Numbered from the whole stretch's first letter, positions 1 through 13,084 are shown. The stretch is DNA of 57,721 bases, filler included, from Sphacelaria rigidula (GCA_964200075.2; 9 parts of 9 records of this genome joined end to end with filler, not necessarily neighbours in it); one strand, 5' to 3'. Numbers and translations: made by a program. Notes: generated from the letters alone by a model not told the origin.

Positions 1-23
1 TCGTCCGGGGGGGGGTTGTTTGT

Positions 24-57
<34 letters not shown>

Positions 58-89
58 GAGAGCGCGCTAAAAGCAGACCGGAAAAGCTT

Positions 90-560
90 TCAAGATTCAT
101 CCTTGCGATATGAAAGCCCCCAGTGCTGGGTCGACGCCAGGTTCCATCTGTCTGGTGGCGTTGTCGCATCAAAGGAGATTCAAGGACACAGTGGGCCGAA
201 CACGAGTAAAAATATGTTGCCATTCGGGAGTGAGTGTTCTCAGACGGAGAGGAGTTGCCCAGCTTTTAGTGCAGGGTTTAGCAACGATGAAAGCTCAGCC
301 GCCGATCTTACTCCGAAAGGTCGCCTGGCGCCTGAAGGGTGAGCGCTTGTGATGAAATTGAACATTGCCTACTTTGAAGAGAAAGACGTGCGGTGAATTG
401 CTCTCCCGCACGCACTCTCAGAAGGGAACACACGCACTGAGTACATTACTGCACCACCTCTCAACCAAAAGAGCAAGTATCCTTAATCTCCTACTTCGTA
501 AACATGCATCATTAGGCACATGCATGGCTCAGCCCAGTAGTTCGCCACACCTTCTCCTGT
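90..560 (+). mobile_element. Possible highly degenerate Ty1/Copia reverse-transcriptase fragment
   Basis: Faint motif resemblance only ('SGGVVASKEIQG...PFGSECSQ..SCPAF' vs Copia RT 'SG.VV.L.K.LYG...GFEQ...DPC.F'); broken frames. Confidence 0.25.
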
Positions 561-2008
561 GACGGAGCGAGGGTTGTGTTTTTGCGGCAAACCCTTTCAC
601 CAACGCGCGCACACGCCGATCAGGACATGAAATGTGTCCTTGATCGACTCAGTACGCGTCAGCTCCCCCCAGTCTGTCTGATGCGGAGGCGTTATTTTTA
701 GAACCTCACTCAACGACGAAATACTAGGTACAGTGTCAAGTAGTTACAATATCACTGTAAGGGGTGTGAGGTATTCATCTTTTGACAGACTCCTCAACCA
801 ACGAGCACGCACGAAGCGAATGCCCGAACAGCGCTGTAGGTCCGTAGCGTGGACGCCGGCTCTGGCAGTACCAAAAATAATAGGGGGGAACAAAAAAAAA
901 ACGATACTCAAATGCGAGTCAATTTGCAGATTCTGCGCAACGGTATTTAGGGAAGACGGCTGAGGATTCGTAGCACATCAATCGAATGCGCGCAATCACT
1001 CAATCATTCAATAAATTGATCAACGGAGTCACACGTGGATTCGCGTTACAACTTCAATAAGCCCCAGTAATATTTTGCACACGGGACGTCCCACGTGCTT
1101 GCCTCGCGCGATCGCGACGTGGACCATCCGCACCGGTGCCCCTGGCATGTGTCGCACATTATAAACACAGAGATCCGCCATATGATAAGTGCACAGGTGC
1201 AATAGTACGAGCTAACGCAAAAGTAAGCTATCGCAGCGAAGGCAAAAATCACCATGCGCAAGGAAGCCTGAATGGAACAACTCAACCGTTCTGCCCCCAA
1301 AGCAAAACTGATGGCACGCTACGGTATTTCTGAGGTGTGCCGTACTGTCCTCATGAGGGTATGTACAAGGTGGGGCCACACCGTAGGAAAGCATGCGATC
1401 CGACAGACTGCACGAAAAAGAACAGACAAAACGAAGCGAAGGCAAAAACAGGTACTGTTGTTGTAGCTGTGCATTATAACCAGTACAGTGCACTACTGGA
1501 CACAACCAGTATGGGCAGTACAGTGCGATACTCGCATTACTCTAGCCTGATAGAGTACAGCCGTGCTACAGCGCAATGCAGGATTCCCCGGTCTTCAATG
1601 TTCCAACCTGTCACGTGTCGTCATTTCATCAGGACGCCCGTGATTGCCGAGGGGAGGTGAAACAGTTTGGACAGCAGCAGTATGGTGCAACACCGGTGCA
1701 GTGAAGTGCAGTGCAGTGTATCCGAGATACAGCAATCGAAAGACACATCGTCACTCGCTGTAAGCGCTCGGTAGAAAGGGGGGGAGAGGGAGAGGGGTAG
1801 GGAGAGAGGGGGGCTACTTCAAATGGGAGACAGGGCAGGGAGGGTTTCCTTCTCGGGCGAGGCCATCTAGTATGTATGAGCTTAGGGAACCTCAATCCCA
1901 GTGACCAACAATTCAAGACTGAACGTGAAAAAAAAGGGACAAATTCAACAACAACGCGCGCACAGTGGGGACTTCGCACGTGGTAGCCGAGAGTCGGCAA
2001 CTTTCTTA

Positions 2009-2054
2009 GGCAAAGCAAGGCAAAGCAAGGCAAAGCAAGGCAAAGCAAGGCAAA
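2009..2054. repeat. (GGCAAAGCAA)n decamer microsatellite
   Basis: About 4.5 tandem units read directly. Confidence 0.9.
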
Positions 2055-4374
2055 GACAGGAAACATGACAATGAGAGCTACAGACCGGAGGTCGCCTGTT
2101 GACGCTCAGTGGACGAAACCTCGCCATTAACACGAGTACTACGTTTACTGAGCCACTTCGGAGATTGAGGGTGGGGAGGACGATGGGGAGGGGTGCGAGG
2201 GGGTGTACTACAACAACTTTTCCTTGGTCGGTTCACTTCGATTGAAGATGAAAGAGCAAATGCGGATTGTCTCCATGCGGAATGGGCGAACTTCGATAGG
2301 TTTGAACAATGATGGGCGATCACCACTTGGACAACCTACTCTGCCACGGTAGCAGTCTCCTTCGAACATCTCTCTAAACTACGGGATGCCATGTATTTGA
2401 ATGCATAGTTTGGGAGTAACACGGTATTCTTCGGGTTTATCCTCTCACGTGATAACACGGGATGTACCACCGTACTGTACTGCACTCTCGTACGAAGGCC
2501 CTATTCTACCTGTACAGCACAACTGTCGGTGTCTTATGTACTGTTCTGCATCGCTGTTTGGACTCTTCAGTCCCAAGACCAGTACGGTCTATCTTTGAGA
2601 TTCTTCCTGCATGTTGAGATGTTACGAAGTACAAAGAGTGAGACTTAACTGTTCTCAGAAAATGTAGTAACCGTTACTACGAGACTACCGGTGTGCTGTG
2701 TCTGTAACTTTTGGTAGAGCTCGGTGAAGCGCAGAGCAAGTCAGCTGCTGCTCCCAGCGGCAAGCACGCTGCCATAGTACACGAGCAGCATGGCAACAGG
2801 TACTGAGACGACCTCACTTGACATAATATAACATAAACCTGAAGACAACTCATCACGTTAGTAAAACTATGCTGTACTGAAAGCAATGAGTCTTTTGATG
2901 ACAACGAAAAGAATATCAAACGTTTTACTTTTCCCTCACACACCTGCCAGGTGTCGCCGCACCACCCCGCGCACCCAGGCGGCGGGTGGCGAGCCGTGGT
3001 CGGCCACCTCTCTCAGTTTTCGGCGCCACCTTTGAATATGCAGCCGACAGCTAGGCTGCAGCTGCTGTTCCTTCTCCACTTCCCCCCGAGACCTGAGACT
3101 GCACACTGCGGCTGGTTTTCCTGCAATCAGCGAATACATAGCTAACAACTGGGATGGACGGCGGCCGCATTTTGAATGTCATGCTCCAGATGTTGTAGTG
3201 TCATGTTTTTGTAACACCCTGACGTATGAGTCCGCGGTGGCGCTAACGAATGCGGTTACCACAAAATCGCGAAAATTCACATGAAAATCTCTACTTATTT
3301 CTTTTGTCCACACTCTTAATGAACGAGCTCCGGCTCATTTCTACCGATCATCACCGAAAAAAAGGTGTTTTTTTTTCCAAATTTGGCACAGAAAATGCCG
3401 CTGTTGTAAGCTACATGAGAAATCCTAGAAGGAAGTCATGGTCCATTCTGGCCCTCCCACACTAGAATGTCACGTCAAAAGCCCGGAGCGCCTCCATGAT
3501 GACCAAAAAGGTCTATACGCGTGTCTCACGGGGATGAATCTGGGGGGCTCAAAGGAGTCCTAATTCCAACCCATCAAGGAGAAGGAGGGTACCTTGTTCA
3601 GAGATCCGGAGAATATTGTCAAGACGTGGGGCCGACACTTTCACAAACTCTTACACGCGAAAGCTTCATACTATCGACCCCAGCATCGTGATGCAGATTC
3701 TACAGACCCCAGTCCAGATGTCACTCGCGGCGGCCCCGACTGTAGGAGAGACCGCCCTGGGAATGTCCGCAAACGGGAAGCAAACTAGGTTCGATTATCT
3801 ACTCGAAAACTGCTGAAACTAGGTACACAGGAGACTTGCATCTTGCAGAAGTTTCACGAACCCAAGGTGTGGAAACAAGACGCAGCGCCTCAGCTGCGGT
3901 ATGACGCGGTCATCAAGGCCATACTCACACACACAAAAAAAAAGGGCCGAACCGAGTGTCGCAAGTACAGAGGTATATCACTGGTAGCATATCCCGGTAA
4001 AGTCGTACACAAGATTGTTGTGAAGCGCTTCAGTGCACCACTGGAGCGCCACAAACTCGTCCCCGAACTTCAGTGTGGGTTCCGCCCTCGACGCTCGACA
4101 AGCGTACGGCTTAATTTTCGCGAGACAACAGGAGCTCACTAGAGCCCGAGAAACCCTACTTTACGTGTGCTTCGTTGACCGAGCAAAAGCGTATGACCCG
4201 GCCGATCGCACCCTTCTCTCGACTGTTCTCGCTTGGCTCGGGGTGCAGAAGATCGCGGTCATTCTCCATTTCAACAACGGGGTTCTTGTACGTCGTATGG
4301 ATGATGGCAAGACATGGGACTGGTTCCAAATCGAACACGGACTCCGACAAGGGTACGTGCTGGCCCCGCTGTTA

Positions 4375-4937
4375 GGGCCGTTATTATCGGCACAGTTTCT
4401 TGGGAGATCGTTCTAATTTTAGGCGTTTTCGCACCTTTTTTCGCACATTCTCCCGAAATGAAGCGGCGAGCTTTTTTCGCCAAGCCTTCACATTTGGCGA
4501 AAGTCCAATTTTTCGCACCCCAGCACAATTCTATACAGAACTGTCCGTGGCGCACGCCGTGGCGCTCGCAAGCATGCGATTGTTATCAGGAACCTTGCCA
4601 GTGACACCCTGGGCTATGTCGTGGAGTAAAAAGCACCGCGGGGTGGCGGCATCTATCTCCTTAGACGGTGTGTGCCCCGGCAGCGGTGTTGGAGCTCTTG
4701 GGGTCAAGCACCGTGGTCGTCCTTTGCAGTCATACTCACTTTCGAAGTGAAGAGCAGAAACAATCCAGTAGCCATCGACTTGCCTGCTGTGCTGCCACGT
4801 GGTCCTTAATTTTGCCGGCGAAGGCAAGCAAACGACGAGATCAGCACCATCTGTAATGAGATATCTAGCAGCAAGAGTAGATCAAGATAATAATGAGCCT
4901 TCTCTCATTTTTTTGTATTTGTCGGTAATAACGGCCC
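4375..4937. mobile_element. PIF/Harbinger (Tourist-like) MITE, 563 bp
   Basis: TIRs GGGCCGTTATTAtCGgCA / TGtCGgTAATAACGGCCC; TTA target-site duplication at 4372-4374 and 4938-4940; removal restores LINE RT motif APLLFN. Confidence 0.9.
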
Positions 4938-5599
4938 TTATTCAACATGTTGTCACCGGCGTCCCGAAAACGGCAAACGAGGCGTTCCTACAAGACAAAA
5001 CTATGATTTTTGCTGACATCCCAAATCATGGACAGGGAAAAGCATGGAGTGGGGGGGGGAAGGGTTGAAGAGGGGCCACCTCAGGGAAAGGAAGGTAGCA
5101 ACAGACCAGGGCTACAAAGAGCACTGATGGCGCTGGCATGGTGCCAAGGTCACAGGCAAGCCTTACCAAGACGATGACAGCCACTGCCCGAGGATGCGAA
5201 GCTTTTGGGCTGACCGGCTCAGAGAACAACACGGAAACCATGATGTGCATGCCTGCACCGCACGACCAACAAGCGGGCACGATAGAAAGATCAGCAGCGG
5301 GACAACGGCATGCTCAGACGGAGAACTTTTTATCTAGAAATCTCCATGATCAGAGAGGCCGAAGATGTTAACCTTGAGATCAAACGCCGGGCTCGTCTCG
5401 GGTGGTGGGGGTACAGAATTTTTGGCCGAGTGCCTTACGACAGAGGAACATCCGCCGCGCCACTGGATCCCAAGATCCGTGTGCTGAGCGCCGAAGTACA
5501 CTAAGACCTCCTCTAGGGCTCCTCAGCGTGAACGCTCATAGAGACCGCTGACTGCGATCAACTGCGCCCCACTCATCACCGCCTCCTACTGCTCGGCTT

Positions 5600-5925
5600 T
5601 CTTTTTTTTGCTTTCCTCACTCCTTCCTCTTCCTCTTCCTCGACACGAGTCCGTGGTTTCAAGGATCAACCCATCTTTCCCCAGTACACGTCCTACAGTG
5701 TAGTATCGCGAAATAAATCAGCACTCCCGCACCGCGTCACCGCGTCGGTTGTTGTCTAACAAACTCAGCCAACAGACTCTCTTGCTACCCACGCCCTCAT
5801 CGTTTCGAGGACGAAAATCAGATACCTATCATGACAAAACGTTAACCTATACATATTTTTGGCTGGAATCGAACCCGCTTTTTCTCGCCCTGTTGGTGTC
5901 ATCAGTTGTCCCAGTAGCAGTTCAT
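5600..5925 (-). mobile_element. tRNA-derived SINE (family B tail)
   Basis: Minus-strand B-box GGGTTCGATTCC near 5865-5876; 3' tail GATGGGTTGATCCTTGAAACCACGGACTC shared with other family B copies. Confidence 0.65.
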
Positions 5926-6325
5926 CCGACAATTCCGCAAGCCCACGGAAGATGTTTGCCCGTCGTGGAAACCCCCAACAGGATGGGGTTCGGCAGCGTC
6001 GAAATCATCCGGAGGCGGGAACTCTTGTTCGCCGGACGAATCGCACGCTTGAACAACGAACGCTGGCAAAGAGGATTACGGGCAGAGACTTGGAGACACT
6101 TTCTACTATAGCCCCCTCTCAAAAAGTGCATGGTTTTGGGAGGCAAAATCTTCACGTGAATCGAAATGGGAAAAGCCAAGCACAACGACAAGCTGGGAAT
6201 TCCCACGCTTGGGTTCGTTCTAGCTAATGTCGCCAATATAAGGCGCTTCATGCAGCCTGAACCAGAACATCAGACAACAGCCGATTTTATATTTTGGGGT
6301 TCATACAAAATATGGGGCTGAAGTG

Positions 6326-6425
6326 NNNNNNNNNNNNNNNNNNNNNNNNNNNNNNNNNNNNNNNNNNNNTTAATTAATTAANNNNNNNNNNNNNNNNNNN
6401 NNNNNNNNNNNNNNNNNNNNNNNNN
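6326..6425. other. Artificial scaffold linker (N44-TTAATTAATTAA-N44); also at 12751, 19176, 25601, 32026, 38450, 44874, 51298
   Basis: Eight identical 100-bp linkers with stops in all six frames separate pieces of 6325 bp (x5) and 6324 bp (x4). Confidence 0.99.
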
Positions 6426-6504
6426 CTGACCTAAAATAAAATATGAACAATGGATATAACGCATGTTGGATCATGACAACTTATATAGTATGATATATTT
6501 CAGA

Positions 6505-6873
6505 GTGTGTGTGCTGTTGTTTCTTGTCATCCCATCTATTCTGAACGCTGGTCTACACCTTTCAGTACATGTGGGCGCATCAGCCGAGGTCACACAGACG
6601 GAAGGCCATCACAGGCGTTTCTCCTTTCTTGTTTCGCTTTTACTACTCCACCTTCCTTCTGCGGTGCTTGCCTCATTTTTTATCGCGAAAGTGAGTTCAG
6701 CAGTCCCTTCCCCTCGTCGACCGTGAAGTTGAAGTTTGCATACCTACGACGTAGTCGCTCTCCACTGTTGGGCATTTTGTGAGAATAAACCCAGATCGTG
6801 TGACTGCATCGAGATTTAAACCCACGACTCAACCGTCAGAGGGATTCGAGGTTATCAACTGAGCCACCGGGGC
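6505..6873 (-). mobile_element. tRNA-derived SINE (family C); tail-only copies at 12851-12925 and 25701-25780
   Basis: Head GCCCCGGTGGCTCAGTTG (A-box) ... GGGTTTAAATCTC (B-box-like); tail GGCTGATGCGCCCACAT..GAAAGGTGTAGACC..CAGAATAGATGGGA..(CA)n recurs at the starts of scaffolds 3 and 5. Confidence 0.75.
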
Positions 6874-6955
6874 GAACGGCGTCTGACACTGAATGGAGCA
6901 TGACACACGAAATAGAGTATTACTTACACTTGGGCACTTGCGCACACACACACAC

Positions 6956-7124
6956 CTTGGGGACGATGACAGGACGCAGACTGAGCGCCGGGTCACACAG
7001 CGGGAACCGCCCCGTCCCCAACGCCATGCCGGCCGTGCCGTCCCAAGCCCCTACGAGCGCTTCCCCCGTCAGTTTCTCCATCTCCCGCCCCTCCGACGGT
7101 TCACCGGCACCTTTCATCCCAAGG
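6956..7124 (-). CDS. Candidate internal exon of an unidentified protein
   Basis: Pyrimidine-rich acceptor ..ctcctcgtacatag, donor AAG|gtgtgt, open frame 'LGMKGAGEPSEGREMEKLTGEALVGAWDGTAGMALGTGRFPLCDPALSLRPVIVPK'; no family recognised. Confidence 0.4.
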
Positions 7125-7989
7125 CTATGTACGAGGAGAGTCAAGTAATTTCAGTGGGCAGAGAGCAAGCGCGGGAAGGCGGAGGGGGTGGCTGAGGTAA
7201 AGGGGGAGTGGCGAATCCGAAACGGAATTACAGAGCTGGACACGCCTTTTCGGGTATTCATTGTCGGTCGTACACTAACTGCTCCACAAGGGACCTAGCC
7301 GTGGTTTAGGAGATGGATGTGCCAAAGGTGAACAAAACAGAAACGCTCGTTAAAGGAGATGTGCAAGTCTAGCCATTGGCAGGCTTCAAAATGATGATAA
7401 AATTATATTTTATCATCACTATTATTTCCGCACATTAGCCCGAACTCTCGAACCCTTGGTTACCGACGTGGGCTCGCCTTCCCAGTATCGTCCCTGCTGT
7501 GCTGTGCCTTACATGAGATGGAGCCGTAATTTCTTCTTCTGCGATTCCGAAAAACAAAGCAAAACAACACAACAAAAATAGCAACAGAGAAACGTCAAGA
7601 AAACACACGAGAAAAAGTCTCCCCCTGAGTTGGTCGGGGTGTGGTGAAAGCAAACACATAAGTCTATCAATAAAGTGAGCACAGAACAAAAAGGGGGGAA
7701 ATGGGGGGGGGAAATGGGGGGGGGAAATGGGGGGGGGAAAGAGAGAAGAAACAGAAACGGATACCACGCGAGAGTCAACCAAAAGCCCCAGGTACCCTCA
7801 CAGAAAAAATACCAAAGTTCTTAGAAGGTTCTTGGGGATTTCTGAGGAAGACGCACAAACGAGTGTACTACGCGACGGTCTACTATCAATAGTCAATTTC
7901 CAGTGGTCCTCGATAGGAACAGGGGGAACTCTAGCGGTAATACAGCAAATAGTTCCGTAGCATGGCGCGCCTGGATCTGGATTGCCATG

Positions 7990-10935
7990 TACATCTTAGC
8001 CCCTTCCTTTACGACCCAGTACCTCTCGGAAACATCTTGGGCAACCTGTGCCCAAGACATCTGCCGCGGATAATCCGTGATAGGAGCAATATTCCGTGAC
8101 TCTGTGTTGCAAGCGTCTTGCGGGTCGGTCTGTCGTCGTCTTTCCTTCTAGGCGTCGCCTTCCCTTCGATGATTACTCCACACATGGCCATATTGGGAAG
8201 GCGTTCGTCATGCATGCGCACGGCGTGACCTGCGTGTAGGAGGATTCACCTCATCACGGTGACCTCCATGCACCCGTAGCTAGTTCTTTCGAGGACGACG
8301 CAGTATGGCAATCTGTGGATGTCGGGAGCGCTATGGCTTGAGGTATGCTTGTTAAGGCGCATCAGCAGGAACCCGCGGGCTTTCCGTAACGTGCGGAAAT
8401 TGTCGTGTGCGATCGTCCAGGTCACGCAGCTGTATAGCATGACCTCGATCTCTTCTGCCTTCACGTGACCAACCTTGGCGTCCAGGGTGATGCACGGGTT
8501 GTCACATACCGCTCAGCTGTATTTGCGGAAACATTTCAAGGCCTGGTCAACGCGGCGATGGACCTCAGGAATGATATCGCCACTGCTGTTGGGCCCGCCG
8601 AGATAGACGGAAGACTCAACTTGCTTGTACCCTTTGGCCTGCCGCTTCTCAACGTCGACCGCGTCCCTCTTTATCCTTGGGGAGTGGATGTGCATGGCTA
8701 CCGCCTTCTTTTCCATCACGACGAGACCGACCGCCGCACAGACTTCGACGACGGCCGTAATCATCTTAGCCAGGCTCAGTTGAGATCGCGAGACGATGCT
8801 AGCGTCGTCGGCGTAGAGCATGGCCCAGATAAGTTTGCTCAGTTCGTCTCTGGCCCCCTCGCCCCTCTCAGCGATGAGAATAAAACCCTTCGCCACACCT
8901 TTGTTGATCCAGGAGCGGTCGTACGTCGCTGTCAGCACCGCCGCGAAGAATATGCTGAATAAGCCGATGGGGAAAGCACAGCCGTGGCGGAGGCCCTGGT
9001 GAACGCCAAACCACTCAACATCTCGCCGCGGTCAACGCGCACGCACGCCCGCACGCCGTCGCGGAACTGGCGGATATCATGTTGGCGGAGATGCTGTATC
9101 GTGCTACAGTAGCACCTTCCGGGGAAGTGAGCGGTCGACCGAGTCGTACGCCTAGTGGACGTCGATGAAGCACACGTACAGTGGAAGATTCTTCTCTTTG
9201 GCCAGTTCTTGTAGTCTGTGCACAACGTGCAGAACGTAGATTGTCGACCGGCCTGGTCGAAAGCCGCATCGAGCTTCAGGGAGGATTCGCTTTCACTCGC
9301 AGTGGGCACTGAGTCAAGTCGCCACGATGTTGAGAACCACCTTGCACGAGTGCGACCCTAGCGAAACACCGCGCTAGTTGCCGCCTTCGTGCGGGTCTTG
9401 TTCCTGGAAGAACACCTTGATGACAGCGTATTTCCACTTCTGGGGTGCTACTTCCTGACGCCACAAAGTGAGCTCGGTGGTGCGGAGGCACTTCAGGATG
9501 GCAGAGTCCTCGGCGAGGCCGAGCTTCAAACGTTCGCCACACAGGTCGTATGTTCCAGCGGCTTTGCCGTTCGCCAGTATGCCAACTGCTTCCCTCACTT
9601 CTTCCATCGAGGGCTCGGCCGCGAGCGACGCGTGCTCCGACATGTGTTCGAGGAGATCGATTACAGAGGGATCGGTCGTAGGCGATATTGCGTGAAGAAG
9701 CATTCAAACCACCCCTTCAACCGCTGTAGGATAGCTTGCTTATCCCGCAACAAGTCGCCGGCCGCGCTCCTGTTGTAGGTTGAGCCACGCCCCCTCTTCC
9801 CTTCCAATTCCAAGGACGTGATGCGTTGGTGTAGCCATGCCTGGTCCCTCTTTCGAGCAAACTCCGGCGCGAACTCGTGCATGAAGCTTTGCGGTTCAGC
9901 GTCCTTCTCTCGCGTGAACGTCTTGTTCGTCATCTGCAGTGCCTTTCCCAGGACACGGTCGTCGACGCCAGCGCGTAGCGTCCTGCCACACACGTTTCCT
10001 AGCATTCCACGCCTTTTGGAGGCGCTCCTGAGCCCGTGGCGACCCACTGAAACCTCTGGATGGGGGGTTCTTTGGGCAGCGAGGGAGAGTACCCGCGGCC
10101 AATCTGTCGCAGGGCGTTGGCGAAGATAAGTGCCTTGTCGTTGACGTCCAGGACTGCGGTGGGGTTGGCAGCACTCGGGAGCTTGGCGACAATGGCGTGC
10201 GAAAACAATGGTTCTCCAACGCCGGTCGGGTGTGAAGACAATTACGATCGAAGCGTGCTCCGCCGTCCCAACCTCTCAATTTTGGTCGGCGGTTGGGTGC
10301 ACTTCGTCCGACGAGACAGACGGATAGAGGCTGAGACCGGTCGATGACGTTTCGGGCGAGTCTTCCGTCTTGCTGGCGTGCCAGGATGCAGTCCAGACGC
10401 TATCAATGTCCGGCAGCCGGCCCTCATACGTGTACGCGGATAAGCTTTCCCCGCTGATGGTGTGCGAAAAAATGCCTTCGTTGTTTTCCATTTTATGCTC
10501 TGCAGCGCGTGTCAGCAGTCGCCGGCCGATATCAACGAGAATGTCCCTGCCATCTTCTCCCAAGGTCCGATCATCTCCCAGGCCCCTCACTTCTTCTCTC
10601 TTTGCGGATGCGAGCGTTGGCATCCATCATGACTTATCAGGTGCTCGTTGGTGGGCATTCGGGCGACCGAACCACAGAGAGGTCTTCCGAAGCTTCATCT
10701 TTTTTCAAGGCGTAGCTGTCTCACTGGGAGCATACCCCACGATGAAGGCCGTGGCAACTTCACGTCTGAAAACAACTTTCACCTTGAGCATCCTTCAACT
10801 GATGTGTTCGGGGGAACGACCCCCCCTGGGCCTATTTATAGTGTGCTGGCGGTAGGCTCCTTGATGGCAAGGCCGACTCCGAGCGTTCGAACGATCCCGG
10901 TATACCCCCGCATACAAATAACCACACTTTGGACA
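7990..10935 (-). mobile_element. Degenerate LINE (RTE-like) with APE endonuclease and RT
   Basis: APE motifs 'GVGLAIKE', 'AFIVGYAP', 'VMMDANAR' (~10600-10900); RT motifs 'PQKWKYAVIKV', 'RGVSLGSHSCKV', 'LIWAMLYADDASIVSRS', 'VYLGG', 'MLYSCVTW', 'RMHDERLPN'. Many frameshifts. Confidence 0.92.
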
Positions 10936-10938
10936 ATA

Positions 10939-11143
10939 GTTGTTGTTGTTTTTTCCTCACACTTTGAACCCCTCCCCTTCCTCGGGATGAGTCCGTGGTC
11001 TCAAGGGATCNNNNNNNNNNCACGTTCTCACGCTTTCCACGGTGGAAATCATACACTACGAAGAAAAAACCCAACGCATCGGGAATTGAACCCCAGTTCT
11101 CTCCACCCTAATGGCGGCAGTCGGACCATTACACCACCGGGGC
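10939..11143 (-). mobile_element. tRNA-derived SINE (family B)
   Basis: Head GCCCCGGTGGTGTAATGG (A-box) ... GGGGTTCAATTCCC (B-box); tail GATCCCTTGAGACCACGGACTCATCCCGAGGAAGGGGAGGGGTTCAAAGTGTGAGG-A/(AAC)n; close copy at 48160-48498. Confidence 0.85.
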
Positions 11144-11729
11144 ACGGTGGCTCAGATTACATTGCCAAAAAGTGTACTACGTACAGTATAGGCCATTGTG
11201 TCTAATGCAGTAGGCGATAGATTCCGTACTATACGCGATATATATTTTTCACAATGTAATCTATTGTCCAGGGTGTGCAAATAACACGTGTATAAAACGA
11301 CACATTGTAAAAAATAAAAAATACAAAAACATGCCGCAAAAGGATACTAACGCCTGGTTTGCTCAGTTGCAAGTAAACTACACACGTATATACGCATTAT
11401 GTATATATATGACTATGGTTACTAGTCTACAGGTGACGCTGTCAATGTTTTTTTATAAATATCCATCAAGGAACTAGTTGATTGAAAATGATCGGTCGAT
11501 TGATCGCTTGATCGGGTGATTTGATAGATTGACCGACGGCCCACGAATGGACACCCAAGGTGACAAGAACAAAAAGGAACTCGCTGAAGCAGCACCCATC
11601 TGACCGGATAGGGGACCATGAAATGTTAGCTAGAAGGGCGTACAGCTCAGTTAGCTGGCGCGTTGGCTGGCGTGATGGACTCTTGATCCGAAGGTGTCGG
11701 GTTTCTCAAATCCCGATGTGCTCAGAGTG

Positions 11730-11974
11730 ATGCTGCGCTAGGGGTGCACAAATATTTTGTGAGGTTAGAATTGTTTGGAGCCCTTCGTCTCATCCAAAAC
11801 ACGACTTATGAAATATGTGAGAGTCCGCCACGATTACTTTTCCGATGTGCTAGGCATATCCCGCATGGAATTGCAAACAAGGATACCCTGACCCATATAT
11901 TGTGCATCTAAAATCGTCAAGAGCCCCTGAACAAGGCAAGATTTTGCGCAACAAGTGTACCCCTACCGTAGCAT
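11730..11974. mobile_element. MITE with ATGCTACGGTAGGGGTGCAC TIRs (copies also at 22320-22569 and, truncated, 19116-19175)
   Basis: About 20-bp terminal inverted repeats; internal sequence conserved across three scaffolds. Confidence 0.85.
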
Positions 11975-12141
11975 TGGTCCTCAGTGATCATAGAGCCTCC
12001 AACAGCCACCCTTTTTTCTTCAAATATTTTGTTCAATAACACTATCTATTAATCACAACTCCAACAGACATACCCTTTTTTACTCTCAATATCTTTGTTC
12101 AATACTACAGGCTGGGCCGCCTAAGACGCAGACAGGGATGT

Positions 12142-12429
12142 GAACACGCGATTTAACAGCTAAGTTTCAGGTCGTTTTCAATGAAATTTTGACACGATGT
12201 ACAGGATGTATGAGCCAAGACGCAACCTTTCCCCCCACATATATATATCTCAAGTTTTTCACGATTTTGTTCCGAAAAAATGTTCTGAAATGCTTGGTCG
12301 CCGATAACTCACAGGGAGAAAACAAAAAATATAGAGGGGAAAAAGTGGCGTCTTCGCACATACACCATGTACATCGTGTCAAAATTTCATTGAAAACGAC
12401 CCGAAACTCAGCTGTTAAATCGCGTGTTC
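12142..12429. repeat. Long inverted repeat / foldback MITE (arms ~105 bp); a third partial arm at ~12660-12750
   Basis: GAACACGCGATTTAACAGCT..TTTTGACACGATGTACA is mirrored by TGTACATCGTGTCAAAA..AGCTGTTAAATCGCGTGTTC. Confidence 0.85.
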
Positions 12430-12925
12430 GTGCCCAAGACTGGTTCCTATGTGGAGATGAACCAGCCACGAAAAATTGAACGCGGTTATTTTGTTGAATT
12501 TCAAGTATTTTTTCACGAAATTTCGACATGATGCGCATGAGGTATGTTTTGAACTCCCTTTTGTCTCCCCTTGAGATTTTTATTTCTTCGATGGGTTGTC
12601 GACGCTTTTGCACCAGAAAAAATTGGCCCAGAATTTAGATCAAAAATAACATACCAGGAAAAAAAAAAAAAGAGGGGGCAAACGGTAGGGGATTCACATA
12701 TACCCCATGTATACCGTGTCAAAAATTTAATGCAAAACCACTACAGATTGNNNNNNNNNNNNNNNNNNNNNNNNNNNNNNNNNNNNNNNNNNNNTTAATT
12801 AATTAANNNNNNNNNNNNNNNNNNNNNNNNNNNNNNNNNNNNNNNNNNNNGTGTGACCCCGGCTGATGCGCCCACATATGCCGAAAGGTATAGACTGGCG
12901 CCCAGAATAAATGGGACGACCACAC

Positions 12926-13084
12926 ACTCAATTGCGGGGTATTTTGAAATACGTACTTGAGGTACTCAAATTGGGGTAGAGTGTTGGGAGTCGTACCTAA
13001 AAAATAACTGGAAAGCGATCCCTAAAACCCTACCCCCAATTTGTGTACTTTAAGTACAACCTTCAAAATACCCCGCAATTGAGT
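12926..13084. mobile_element. Small hairpin MITE
   Basis: TIR ACTCAATTGCGGGGTATTTTGAA / TTCAAAATACCCCGCAATTGAGT, with imperfect complementarity extending inward. Confidence 0.8.

Larger units (their letters stand above)
3470..6200 (+). mobile_element. Degenerate non-LTR retrotransposon (RTE-like LINE), RT and C-terminal region, interrupted by a MITE and a SINE
   Basis: Frameshifted RT motifs: 'KKKGRTECRKYRGISLVAYPGKV', 'ELQCGFRPRRST', 'LYVCFVDRAKAYD', 'GLRQGYVLAPLL|FNM', 'CEAFGLT.SE..TETM', 'EIKRRARLGW', 'RRRELLFAGRIARLNNER'. Confidence 0.9.

Noticed and set aside
2220..3145. Possible exons near 2220-2348 and 2951-3145
   Set aside because: Splice-like sites exist but there is no recognisable protein and the frame cannot be chosen.
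8465..10855. Several + strand ORFs of 100-165 aa
   Set aside because: Antisense to the GC-rich LINE coding region.
11073..11143. tRNA genes (also 6800-6873, 11640-11720, 48430-48498)
   Set aside because: A/B boxes are present but acceptor and anticodon stems do not pair properly, and most continue into a repeated body, so these are SINE heads.
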